The notes under the pieces are model-generated. The model saw only the letters and a list, made by a program, of their open reading frames with translations. It ran no database searches and had not been told where the DNA came from. Shown here one piece after another: positions 1-9,025 of a stretch of DNA of 64,000 nt; position 1 is the first letter of the stretch, and each line of letters begins with the position of its first letter. A program made the position numbers and the translations under genes. Source of the DNA: an uncultured Candidatus Rokubacteria bacterium (GTDB lineage: Bacteria; Methylomirabilota; Methylomirabilia; Rokubacteriales; DASRDR01); assembly GCA_963826115.1 (NCBI GenBank), contig CAWGVS010000006.1, positions 992,001 to 1,056,000 of the forward strand, given 5' to 3'.

Positions 1-2
1 TC

Positions 3-230
3 CTCCTGGCGGTCGTGCCCGGCGTGCGCGAGAAGCGCGAGCGGCTGTCGGCGATCCCGGGGAGCATCCCCGCGCCGTCGGCGATGCCCACGGGGTGCCG
101 CTTCCACCCTCGCTGCCCGGACGCCATCCCGCTCTGCCGCGAGGCGGCGCCCGTTCTCGAGGCCCACGGACCCGACCGGCGGGTCCGCTGCTGGCGCGCC
201 GCCGAGCTGGCCGGCGAGGCGCGCGCGTGA
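3..230 (+). CDS. Oligopeptide/dipeptide ABC transporter ATP-binding protein, C-terminal part (5' truncated by window edge)
   Basis: oligo_HPY-type tail IPGSIP...[11 protein letters not shown]...CW; frame open from window start. Confidence 0.85.
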   Translation, partial: LLAVVPGVREKRERLSAIPGSIPAPSAMPTGCRFHPRCPDAIPLCREAAPVLEAHGPDRRVRCWRAAELAGEARA

Positions 231-1213
231 CCGCGCTTCTGTCGGTGGACGGGCTGGTGCGCGACTTCCCGACGCGCGAGGGCGGCTGGGCCGGACGCTC
301 GGGGAAGGTGCTGCGGGCCGTCGACGGCGTGACGTTTCACGTCGGCCCCGGGGAGACGCTCGGCCTCGTGGGCGAGAGCGGCTGCGGCAAGACCACCGTC
401 GGGCGCCTGATCCTGCGGCTCCTCCCCGTGACGGCCGGGCGCGTCGTGTTCGACGGCCGGGACGTGACGCACGTGCCCGAGCGGCAACTCCGCGAGTTCC
501 GCCGGGCGGTCCAGGCGGTCTTCCAGGACCCGTACTCGTCGCTCAACCCGCGCCTGACCGTGCGCGACATCGTGGGCGAGCCCCTCCGCAACTTCGGCGC
601 CACGCGCCGCGCCGCCGCCGCGCGGGTGGGGGAGCTCCTCGACACGGTGGGGCTGCCGCCCGACTACATGACCCGCTACCCCCACGCCTTCAGCGGCGGC
701 CAGCGGCAGCGGATCGGGATCGCGCGGGCCCTCGCGCTCGAGCCGCGGCTCCTGGTGTGCGACGAGGCCGTGTCGTCGCTGGACGTCTCCGTCCAGGCGC
801 AGGTCCTGAACCTCCTGGCGGACCTCCAGCGCCAGCTCGGGCTCGCGCTCCTCTTCATCTCCCACAACCTCGCGGTCGTGCGGCACGTGAGCCACCGCGT
901 GGCCGTCATGTACCTCGGCCGGCTCGTGGAGATCGCGCCGGAGCCGGCGATCTTCGAGCATCCCCGGCATCCGTACACGCGGGCGCTCCTCGCGGCCGTC
1001 CCCGAGGCGGACGCCGACGCGCCGCCGCCCGCGGTCCTGGCCGGCGAGATCCCGAGCCCGCTCGATCCGCCGTCCGGATGCCGCTTCCAGACGCGATGCC
1101 CCCGGGCCGAGGCGCGCTGCCGCGCGACCGAGCCCGGCTTCACCGAGGCGCAGCCCGGCCACTGGGTGCGCTGCTACTTTCCGGAGCCGGAGCCCCTGCG
1201 GCGAACGGCCTGA
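227..1213 (+). CDS. Oligopeptide/dipeptide ABC transporter ATP-binding protein (OppF/DppF-like)
   Basis: Walker A GESGCGKT, signature FSGGQRQR, Walker B LLVCDE, HPYT and Cys-rich tail; GTG start overlaps upstream TGA. Confidence 0.95.
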   Translation: MTALLSVDGLVRDFPTREGGWAGRSGKVLRAVDGVTFHVGPGETLGLVGESGCGKTTVGRLILRLLPVTAGRVVFDGRDVTHVPERQLREFRRAVQAVFQDPYSSLNPRLTVRDIVGEPLRNFGATRRAAAARVGELLDTVGLPPDYMTRYPHAFSGGQRQRIGIARALALEPRLLVCDEAVSSLDVSVQAQVLNLLADLQRQLGLALLFISHNLAVVRHVSHRVAVMYLGRLVEIAPEPAIFEHPRHPYTRALLAAVPEADADAPPPAVLAGEIPSPLDPPSGCRFQTRCPRAEARCRATEPGFTEAQPGHWVRCYFPEPEPLRRTA

Positions 1214-1222
1214 GGACCCGCG

Positions 1223-2305
1223 ATGCTCGTCGAGCGCACGCACTACTACGCCAAGCCCGGCCACGCGGCCGAGGTGCTGGCCGCCCGCCGCCGCGCGTCG
1301 GAGGTCCGGGTGGCGCTGGGCCTGCCGCACGGCCGGATTCTCGCGAAGGTCGACCGCGCCGGCGACGGTCCCGACGTGACCTGGGAGTGTGACTTCGCGG
1401 ACGCGGCCGCCCATGCTCGCGACCTCGAGGCGCGCGACCGGAGCCCGGAGTTCTCGGCCGTGCGCAAGCGGATGACGGGCCTCATCGACCGCTTCGAGCG
1501 GCTGGTGCTGGAGGGCGACGATGCGGCGGCCGACGGACCGGACCCGACGCGCCCGGTGGTCCCGGCGGAGGTGCATGTCCGGAGCGGCGGCCGCACGCTG
1601 ACCGGCTACTACTACCTCCCGCCGGGCGACGGGCCGTTTCCGGGCCTCGTCCTGAATCACGGGAGCACCGTTCATCCCGGCACGAGCGACTTCTGCCGCC
1701 CGGGCACGGCGGCCGTGCTCACGGCCTGGGGCTACGCGGTGCTGCTCCCCCACCGCCGCGGATACGGGAACTCCGCCGGTCCCACGTGGCGAGAGGACGT
1801 GGCGGCCGAGTTCGGGACACCCGAGTACGACCGGGCGCTGGCGGCGCGCCTCTCGCACGAGGCGGACGACGTCGTCGCGGCCGTCGACTGGCTCGCGGCC
1901 CGCCGCGAGATCCGCGCCGACCGGATCGCGGTGATCGGCAGCTCGTTCGGCGGCACCGTGTCGCTCCTGGCCGCGGCCCGCGCGCGCGGGCTCCGGTGCG
2001 CCGTGGACTTCGCCGGCGCGGCGATGAACTGGGAGCGGACCCCGCGGCTCCGCGAGACCATGCTGGAGGCCGCGCGGCAGCTCGCCGTGCCGCTGTGCCT
2101 CGTCCAGTCGGAGAACGACTACAGCGCGGCGCCGACGCGGGAGCTGGCCGCCGAGCTCGCTCGCCTCGGCAAGCCCCACGCGGCGCGCGTGTACCCCGCC
2201 TTCGGCCTCACCGCCGACGAGGGACACCTCTTCTTCCAGAACGGGGCGCCGATCTGGGGGCCGTGGGTGCGGACGTTCCTCGACCGCTGGCTCAAGGGGG
2301 AGTGA
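1223..2305 (+). CDS. NIPSNAP-like domain fused to dienelactone-hydrolase/alpha-beta hydrolase domain
   Basis: N-terminal ~95 aa (ERTHYYAKPG...WECDFAD) resembles a dimeric alpha/beta barrel; C-terminal NHGS, GSSFGG nucleophile elbow, END, GH. Confidence 0.75.
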   Translation: MLVERTHYYAKPGHAAEVLAARRRASEVRVALGLPHGRILAKVDRAGDGPDVTWECDFADAAAHARDLEARDRSPEFSAVRKRMTGLIDRFERLVLEGDDAAADGPDPTRPVVPAEVHVRSGGRTLTGYYYLPPGDGPFPGLVLNHGSTVHPGTSDFCRPGTAAVLTAWGYAVLLPHRRGYGNSAGPTWREDVAAEFGTPEYDRALAARLSHEADDVVAAVDWLAARREIRADRIAVIGSSFGGTVSLLAAARARGLRCAVDFAGAAMNWERTPRLRETMLEAARQLAVPLCLVQSENDYSAAPTRELAAELARLGKPHAARVYPAFGLTADEGHLFFQNGAPIWGPWVRTFLDRWLKGE

Positions 2306-2310
2306 CGCTC

Positions 2311-3069
2311 ATGCGCGGCGCGTTCCTCGAGGATCTCAGCTGGCCGGAAGCCGGCGCGCGCATCGCCGCCGGGGCGGTCGTGGTGGTGCCGGTGGGCGCC
2401 GCGGCCAAGGAGCACGGCCCCCACCTGCCGCTCCGGACCGACTATCTGATCGCGCGGGAGCTCGGACGCCGCGTGGCCGAGGCGTTGCCCGTGCTGGTCG
2501 CGCCCGTCGTCTCGTTCGGGTACTATCCCGCGTTCGTCCACTACCCGGGGAGCCAGCACCTCCGCGCCGAGACGTTCATGGCGCTCCTGACCGACGTGCT
2601 GACGGGCTTCGTCGCCCAGGGCGCGCGCCGGCTGGCCGTCGTCAACACCGGCGTCTCGACGGAGGCGCCGCTCCGGATCGTGATCCGCGACTTCTACGCG
2701 ACCCACGGCGTGCGCGTCGCGGTGGCCGACCTCGCCACGCTGGGGCGGGCGGTCCAGCCCCGGCTCCAGCAGAAGCTCGGCGGCCACGCCGACGAGCTCG
2801 AGACCTCGCTCGTCCTGGCGATCGATCCGGGCGCGGTGCGGATGGCGCGCGCCGAGCCCGACTACGGGCACCTGCCGGACCTCCCGCGCACCGTCTTCTA
2901 CCAGCCCGTCGTCTTCGACGCCGACCCCGGCTCCGGCCCCGACTGGAGCCGCACCGGCGCGCGGGGCGACCCGTCGCTCGCGACGCGCGAAGTGGGGGAG
3001 GCGGCGCTCGAGGAGATCACCCGCGAGCTGGTGGACGGCCTGGTCGCGCTCTACCCCGACATCCGGTAG
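2311..3069 (+). CDS. Creatininase/creatinine amidohydrolase family protein
   Basis: KEHGPHLP..TD, GGHADELETS, GDPSLAT motifs. Confidence 0.9.
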   Translation: MRGAFLEDLSWPEAGARIAAGAVVVVPVGAAAKEHGPHLPLRTDYLIARELGRRVAEALPVLVAPVVSFGYYPAFVHYPGSQHLRAETFMALLTDVLTGFVAQGARRLAVVNTGVSTEAPLRIVIRDFYATHGVRVAVADLATLGRAVQPRLQQKLGGHADELETSLVLAIDPGAVRMARAEPDYGHLPDLPRTVFYQPVVFDADPGSGPDWSRTGARGDPSLATREVGEAALEEITRELVDGLVALYPDIR

Positions 3070-3128
3070 CCGTTGCGCCACCACGAAGAGCCCGAGGCCG
3101 GCCGGGCGGGAGTTCGGGCGCGACCCGC

Positions 3129-4415
3129 TCAGTCGGTGGGAATAGGCGGCGGTCCTTCGCAGAGCGCGGGGAGGAGCCGGCACCGGCCCGGATCGAGGGG
3201 CCGCACGTCGAGCGGCGTCACGGCCTTCCGCCAGATCCGGACTCCCGAGTCGTCGTCGTCCGTCGCGACGAAGAAGTAGGGCCACGATGCCGCCATGTCG
3301 TCGATCGACGTGTTCAGGCCCTCGCCGAAACCAGCGGCATTGACCACACCCCATTCCGCGCCCGTGAGGGTCGCCCACACCGTGGCCTCGTCGCCGCCGA
3401 TACCGCGGCCGAGGAAGAGCCGCGACCGGAAGACGGCCATCGTCTGGAGGCGCACGACGCTGCTGAAGGGATCCTGGAGCTCGGCGGGCGTCACGTCCTC
3501 CCAGTCGAGCCCGTTGAATCGCCAGACCTGCGCTCGGTCCGGGTGATTGACGGTGCTGACGTAGAGCCGACCTCGGAACACGACCAGCGCGGTCGCGGTG
3601 GCGTTGCCCGGGTACCCGAAGCCTCCCGGCAGCAGCGCGCCGGGCAGCGCGTCGCCGTCCTCGTCGCTGGCCACCACCGGCTCCCAGTTGACCCCATCTC
3701 CGGTCCGCCAGATCTCGAGGCCCGTCAGCTCGGGTCCATCGCCCCCCGGCCGTTCCCTCGAGGAACCCACGTAGAGCTGCCCCGCGAACGTCCCGAGCAC
3801 CCCGCTGTGGTTGTTGACGGCGTCTCCGAACCCGTCCGAGACGACCGGCTCCCACGTCGCCCCGTCAGGCGTCCGCCAGATCTCGAGCGGCGCGCTGGTC
3901 GCGAGGTGGAGGCGCCCGTCGAAGGCGGCCAGGGAGGTGATCGCGGCACGGCGCCAGTTCTTGGCGGTCGGCGTGACCTCGCTCCACAGCTCGACGAAGG
4001 CGGTGACCGGGAGGCATACCGAGCGGAAGGGCACGCAGGATCGGAAGGGGACTTGCCCGGCGGTTCTCCAGACGTCCCCGTTGTCGGCGCCGATGTACAG
4101 TCGATTCTCGAAGACCGCGAGCGCCAGCGCACGCGGCGGGGCCGTACCAATCGGTGCCGGGGTCACGCCCCATGACGGGGTGACCTCTCGCCAGCGCCCG
4201 CTACCCAGCCGGGTCTTCCAGACCTCGCTGCCGCTGGCGCGGTTGGTCGTCACGACGTAGAGGTGACCATCGAAGATGGCCATGTTCCCCGTCTTGTTGT
4301 CCGGGTTGCCGAAGCCTGGCGTGTTCGCGAGGATCCACGAGTCGGCGTGGGCCGTCGAGACAAAGAGGGCTAGGACCCCCACGACAACCGCCAGTGTCCC
4401 GATGCGTGCTCGCAT
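3129..4415 (-). CDS. Secreted beta-propeller repeat protein
   Basis: Sec signal MRARIGTLAVVVGVLALFVSTAHA; repeated blades GFG(N/D)xxN...F.G.LYV....G.E(V/I)W(R/K)T.DG..W. Confidence 0.75.
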   Translation of the reverse strand: MRARIGTLAVVVGVLALFVSTAHADSWILANTPGFGNPDNKTGNMAIFDGHLYVVTTNRASGSEVWKTRLGSGRWREVTPSWGVTPAPIGTAPPRALALAVFENRLYIGADNGDVWRTAGQVPFRSCVPFRSVCLPVTAFVELWSEVTPTAKNWRRAAITSLAAFDGRLHLATSAPLEIWRTPDGATWEPVVSDGFGDAVNNHSGVLGTFAGQLYVGSSRERPGGDGPELTGLEIWRTGDGVNWEPVVASDEDGDALPGALLPGGFGYPGNATATALVVFRGRLYVSTVNHPDRAQVWRFNGLDWEDVTPAELQDPFSSVVRLQTMAVFRSRLFLGRGIGGDEATVWATLTGAEWGVVNAAGFGEGLNTSIDDMAASWPYFFVATDDDDSGVRIWRKAVTPLDVRPLDPGRCRLLPALCEGPPPIPTD

Positions 4416-4449
4416 GGCGCTTTCCGGGTGCGTTGCGGAACCGGATTCT

Positions 4450-5871
4450 CTACCGCGGTGGTGGGGGCGGCGGGGGCACCGCGCCCAGGCTCGCGTCGAG
4501 GCCGGCATCCGAGCCCGCGCGGCCCGCCGGGCTTCCCGGAGCAGGGCCTCCTGGCCCACCGCGCGCCGGGTCCGGCATCGTCTGCCAGATTGGTGTCCCG
4601 TGCCCGCTGTTGCCGCTGCGCTGGACTCCGAAGCTGCCGTCGCCGGTGTTCGTCACCGCCTCCGGTCCCGTGCTCCCGCCGCGCGACGATCCCGTCCCGC
4701 CCTCCGTGCCCTGACCATCCGGATTGATGCCAGGCTGGGTTGTCTGCTGGCGGATCGTTGTACGGATGTCTTCGCGGGGATTCAGGCAACCGTGGATGGG
4801 CGCCCAGTGGCAACCGTCGTTGCGTCCCGTGCCGGCGGCGGGATCTTCGCGGGGCTGAGAATCCGATCCGCCGGTGTGGCGAGAGTGACGGCCGCCGACG
4901 ATCGAGCCCTTGAGCTCCCTCACGATTCGCCCATCCGAGGCCCTCTCCGCACCGTACCAGCTCCCGTTCCCGGCGCCGTCCACCTCCTCGTGGTAGTGGG
5001 TGGTGCCGTTGGAGTCGGACCCGTCCACGATCACCGTGTGGCCCCCGTCTCTGAAGGAAAACCGTTCACTGACACTCTTCGTGCCGTTCGGCTCCGTCGT
5101 GACGGTAGTGTCGCGACTTCCGTTCTCGTGGGAGCTGGTTTCGTGGGTGGTCGTCTGACCGTCCTCGTTCCTGGACGGAGGGTCCGTCGATTCGCTGGTC
5201 TGCTTGCCGATCCTCGATTCGGCTCGCTGGCGCGGGGTGCTGGACGGGCCGTCTCCGCTTGCCGCTCCTCCGGGATTACCCAAGGCGCCCCCCAGCGTGG
5301 GAGGGCCGCCCATCCGATCGGCGGCATTGCCGGAGCCGAAGCCGCCACCGGCCTCGTCGAGGCAGCCCTGGGGATTGGGGAAGCAGTCACGGCCGACACC
5401 GGTACCCTGGTGGCCGGGCGGCTCGCTGACCCGACCGGTGCCGAGCGTCCGGGGGAGCCCCCCGTCCTCCGTTCCTGCGGGCCGGCCGCGCTGGAGCGGA
5501 TCCCGGTTCAGCTGCTCAAGCTGCTTGAGGTCGCGGATCGCGTCCAGCTGGTTGGCGTCGCGGAGCGTGGGGTCGATCCCGGGGACCGCGGCGGCCGGGA
5601 GTGTCGGGACGGTGGGCCCGGCCGCCGGCGCTCCCGGGCCGGCCTTGGGTCCCGAGACCCCTGGCCCGCTGCCCGGCGGAGCCGGAGGCGGAACCGGCTT
5701 GGCGGTCGGCGGCGTCACGACGTTGGGCTGGGTGAGTGGCTTGACGGCGTCGCTCTGGATCGCCGGCGCCGGAGTCTGTGACTGAATGGTCGACGGAGCC
5801 TTCGGCGGATCGGCGGCGATCGCGGGGGTGACGAGCAGCAGGACAAGGGCCGAGAGGACGAGAGTTGACAT
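4450..5871 (-). CDS. Secreted Pro/Gly-rich protein, tandem paralog A
   Basis: RBS GGAGG before ATG 5871; signal peptide MSTLVLSALVLLLVTPAIA; clear paralog of 5990-7426. Confidence 0.85.
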   Translation of the reverse strand: MSTLVLSALVLLLVTPAIAADPPKAPSTIQSQTPAPAIQSDAVKPLTQPNVVTPPTAKPVPPPAPPGSGPGVSGPKAGPGAPAAGPTVPTLPAAAVPGIDPTLRDANQLDAIRDLKQLEQLNRDPLQRGRPAGTEDGGLPRTLGTGRVSEPPGHQGTGVGRDCFPNPQGCLDEAGGGFGSGNAADRMGGPPTLGGALGNPGGAASGDGPSSTPRQRAESRIGKQTSESTDPPSRNEDGQTTTHETSSHENGSRDTTVTTEPNGTKSVSERFSFRDGGHTVIVDGSDSNGTTHYHEEVDGAGNGSWYGAERASDGRIVRELKGSIVGGRHSRHTGGSDSQPREDPAAGTGRNDGCHWAPIHGCLNPREDIRTTIRQQTTQPGINPDGQGTEGGTGSSRGGSTGPEAVTNTGDGSFGVQRSGNSGHGTPIWQTMPDPARGGPGGPAPGSPAGRAGSDAGLDASLGAVPPPPPPPR

Positions 5872-7420
5872 TTCGACCTCCAGGAAGCCCGTCGTCCCGT
5901 CTTGAGCGGGGCGGGCACCGGTCCGACTCAACCCGCGCATGAATACGTACATCGGCCGATGTGGCATGTGTGCGGCGGAGACCCTCCGTTCAGCGCGGCG
6001 GGGGCGGTGGCGGCACCGCGCCCAGGCTCGCGTCGAGGCCGGCGTCCGAGCCCGCGCGGCCCGCCGGGCTTCCCGGAGCGGGGCCTCCCGGCCCGCCGCG
6101 CGCCGGATCCGGCATCGTCTGCCAGATCGGGGTCCCGTGGCCGCTGTTGCCGCTGCGCTGGACCCCGAAGCTGCCGTCGCCGGTGTTCGTCACGGCCTCG
6201 GGCCCCGTGCTCCCGCCGCGCGACGATCCCGTCCCGCCCTCCGTGCCTTGACCGTCCGGGTTGATGCCAGGCTGGGTGGTCTGCTGGCGGATCGTGGTTC
6301 GGATGTCTTCGCGGGGATTCAGGCAACCGTGGATGGGCGCCCAGTTGCAACCGTCGTTGCGTCCCGTGCCCGCGTTCGGGTCCTCGCGTGGCTGGGAGTC
6401 CGGCCCGCCACTAGCGAACACATGTCGCCCCCCGACGATCGAGCCCTTCTGTTCCGTCAAGACCCTTCCATCAGGCTCCCTGATCACCATGTACCAGCCG
6501 CCGTTGCCGTTCCCGTCTGTCTCGGAATGATAGTGGGCAGTCCCCTGGTCGGCGTCGGTTCGGTCATTGATGTGCGTGCGACTGCCGTCCTTGAACGAGA
6601 ACTCCTCGTCGAGCTCGCCGTTCCCGTTTTGGTCCTCCGTGTGGGTTGCCGTGCGGGTTCCGTTCTCGTAGTCTTCTCCCGACTGCGTCGTGGTGGTCTC
6701 ACTGTCGGTGTGGGTGCTTGACACTTGAACGCTCGTGTTCGCTCCCAGCTTCGCGTCGGCTCGCTGACGTACGTTGGGGCCCTCGCCGCCGTCCCCGCTG
6801 GCGGCTGCCCCCGGATTGCCCAGAGCACCACCCAAGGTGGGAGGGCCGCCGAGGCCACCGCCCGGGGCGGACCCGAACCGGTCCCTGGCTCCGCGGCCGA
6901 GGCAGCTCACTGGATTGTTGACGCAGTCGCGACCGAAGCCTGCCGGCCGCTGGTGGTCGGATGGCGCCCCCAGCTGTCCCCGGCCAAGGGTCTGGGGTAG
7001 CCCCTCGCTCTGACCCGCGGGCCGGCCGCGCTGGAGCGGATCCCGGTTCAGCTGCTCGAGCTGCTTGAGGTCGCGGATCGCGTCCATCTGGTTGGCGTCG
7101 CGGATGGTGCTGCCGAGCTTCGGGTCGATCCCGGGCGTGCCAGCGGCCGGGATCGTCGGGACGGTGGGCCCGGCCGCCGGCGCTCCCGGGCCGGCCTTGG
7201 GCCCCGAGACCCCCGGCCCACTGGCTGGCGGAGCCGGAGGCGGGACCGGCTTGGCGGTTGGCGGCGTCACGACGTTGGGCTGCGTGAGTGGCTTGACGGC
7301 GTCGCTCTGGATCGCCGGGCCCGGGCCCTGCGACTGGGTCGCCGTCGGGACCTTCGGCGGATCGGCGGCGTGCGCGGGGGCGGTGACGAGGAGCAGGACG
7401 AGGGCCGAGAGGACGAGCAT
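4476..7420. repeat. Tandem gene duplication (~1.5 kb units) with conserved ends and divergent middle
   Basis: ~4476-4860 matches ~6012-6400 and ~5480-5860 matches ~7020-7420; the middles align only at protein level. Confidence 0.9.
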
Positions 7421-7426
7421 CATCAT
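5990..7426 (-). CDS. Secreted Pro/Gly-rich protein, tandem paralog B
   Basis: RBS AGGAGG; signal peptide MMMLVLSALVLLLVTAPAHA; differences from paralog A in the C-terminal part are almost all synonymous, which supports this frame. Confidence 0.85.
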   Translation of the reverse strand: MMMLVLSALVLLLVTAPAHAADPPKVPTATQSQGPGPAIQSDAVKPLTQPNVVTPPTAKPVPPPAPPASGPGVSGPKAGPGAPAAGPTVPTIPAAGTPGIDPKLGSTIRDANQMDAIRDLKQLEQLNRDPLQRGRPAGQSEGLPQTLGRGQLGAPSDHQRPAGFGRDCVNNPVSCLGRGARDRFGSAPGGGLGGPPTLGGALGNPGAAASGDGGEGPNVRQRADAKLGANTSVQVSSTHTDSETTTTQSGEDYENGTRTATHTEDQNGNGELDEEFSFKDGSRTHINDRTDADQGTAHYHSETDGNGNGGWYMVIREPDGRVLTEQKGSIVGGRHVFASGGPDSQPREDPNAGTGRNDGCNWAPIHGCLNPREDIRTTIRQQTTQPGINPDGQGTEGGTGSSRGGSTGPEAVTNTGDGSFGVQRSGNSGHGTPIWQTMPDPARGGPGGPAPGSPAGRAGSDAGLDASLGAVPPPPPPR

Positions 7427-7503
7427 GCCGGCCTCCTGGGAACCCGCCATCCCGTACCGGGACGGTCGGGATTTCCCTGACTACACCCTGTCCGGCGGCC
7501 CAG

Positions 7504-7634
7504 TGTCAATACGCATGCCTCTCTGGCTTGCGCAGGGCGTCACAAGCGCCCGACGGACCAGGCCGCCCTCGTCTGGGACGCGTGGTCAGGGCCACGCGTC
7601 GCCACTTGACACGACACCGCCGCGAGGGTGAACT
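7504..7634. promoter_or_regulatory. Divergent sigma70-like promoter region with a 9-bp inverted repeat
   Basis: TTGACA on minus strand (7504-7509) and on plus strand (7606-7611, N17, weak -10 TGAACT); GACGCGTGG-N6-CCACGCGTC at 7577-7600. Confidence 0.45.
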
Positions 7635-7708
7635 GGCGCCGCCGAAGCAGGGCTGCGAGCGCCTCGCCGGTCGAGGGGGCGAGCCACGTCCCTCGCCGGC
7701 CGCGCCGC

Positions 7709-9025
7709 ATGGTGCCGACACGCCTTGTGTTCTTGGTGCTGGTGGCCTGTACGCTCGCGTCGCCGGCGTGGGCGCAGGAGGTCGACTTCGTCGACACGCC
7801 GGCCGGCCGGGCGTTCAAGGCCCAGCAGTACGAGGTGGCGCTCGCGGAGCTCGAGCGCATGCTCGCCGCGAACCCCCGGAACGCGTTGGCGGTCCGTTAT
7901 CTCGGGATCACGCTGGACCGGCTCGGGCGCTATCGCGAGGCGGTGGACATCTACCGGCGCGCGCTCGCGCTCGAGCCCGACAGCGCGGCGACCTACTTCC
8001 ACCTCGGGGTGACCTACTACAAGGCCAGGGAGCCGGAGCTTGCGCGGGCGAGCTTTGACCGGGCCGGCCAGCTCGCGCCGGAGTCGCTCTACGAGCAGAT
8101 GGCGCGTCGCTACCTCGACGCCCTCGCGGAGCAGCAAGTGGAGCTCCAGCGGCCTGGGGCGCCGAGGCTCTTCTCGCTCTTCGCGGACGTCGGCGTGCAG
8201 TACGACTCGAACATCCCGGCGGCTCCGAGCGGCGCCGGCCTGTTCGACGGCAAGCGCGGCGGGGCTCGAGTCGTCGAGTACGTGTCGGCGGAGCTGCGGC
8301 TTCTCAGGAGCCCTGGCTGGCTCGGGCTGGTCGAGGGCTCCACGTACCAGGCCCAGTATCCGGACAGCGCCTTCGACGGGTTCGGCATCGCGACGTATGG
8401 TCTCGGGGCCTTTCTCCAGCGCGACACCACGATCGGGGAACGGGCGCTGATCTTCTCGGCCCGGTACAACTACAACTGGGTCTTTCTCGACGGGGACACG
8501 TACAGCGGCTCCCACGTCGCCACCGCGAGCGCGCAGCTGGACGAGGCGCGGTGGACGGCGACCAACGTCTACTACCGATATACGCGGGACGACTTCGAGG
8601 ACGAGGGATTCGATCCGGCCGTCTCCTCGCGCGACGCGGACAATCACGCGGTCGGTGTGACGCAGATCCTGTACTTCGCCGACCGAAAGGGCCAGTTTCG
8701 CATCGGCTACGAGTACCAGACGAACCAGGCGCGAGGGCAGAACTTCGATTTCGACGGCCACAAGGTCACGGTCTCGGCGAGCGTGCCGCTGCCGGGCGCG
8801 ATCCAGGCGGAGCTGGCCGCCGACTACGGTCGCGAGCGATACGCGAGCTTCCAGGGACCCGCACGGCGCGAGACGGACCGGTGGGGGATTCGGACCAGCC
8901 TGGCTCGCTGGTTTGGCCCGTTTCTCCTCCGGCTGACGGGGGCGTGGACCACCGAACAGTCGAGCTATGATGTCCTCGAGTACGAACGCTGGGTTGTCGG
9001 GGTGAGCGCCAGCTATGCATATTGA
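7709..9025 (+). CDS. TPR + outer-membrane beta-barrel protein (Slam/DUF560-like)
   Basis: Signal peptide ending AWA; TPR motifs (YLGITL...EAVDIYRRALALEP, YFHLGVTYY); YDSNI at barrel start; amphipathic Tyr-rich strands; C-terminal beta-signal GVSASYAY. Confidence 0.75.
   Translation: MVPTRLVFLVLVACTLASPAWAQEVDFVDTPAGRAFKAQQYEVALAELERMLAANPRNALAVRYLGITLDRLGRYREAVDIYRRALALEPDSAATYFHLGVTYYKAREPELARASFDRAGQLAPESLYEQMARRYLDALAEQQVELQRPGAPRLFSLFADVGVQYDSNIPAAPSGAGLFDGKRGGARVVEYVSAELRLLRSPGWLGLVEGSTYQAQYPDSAFDGFGIATYGLGAFLQRDTTIGERALIFSARYNYNWVFLDGDTYSGSHVATASAQLDEARWTATNVYYRYTRDDFEDEGFDPAVSSRDADNHAVGVTQILYFADRKGQFRIGYEYQTNQARGQNFDFDGHKVTVSASVPLPGAIQAELAADYGRERYASFQGPARRETDRWGIRTSLARWFGPFLLRLTGAWTTEQSSYDVLEYERWVVGVSASYAY

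Noticed and set aside
4450-7426. Paralog pair as a diversity-generating retroelement TR/VR
   Set aside because: No reverse transcriptase in the window. Differences fall mostly at synonymous positions rather than being adenine-specific, and both copies are full genes.
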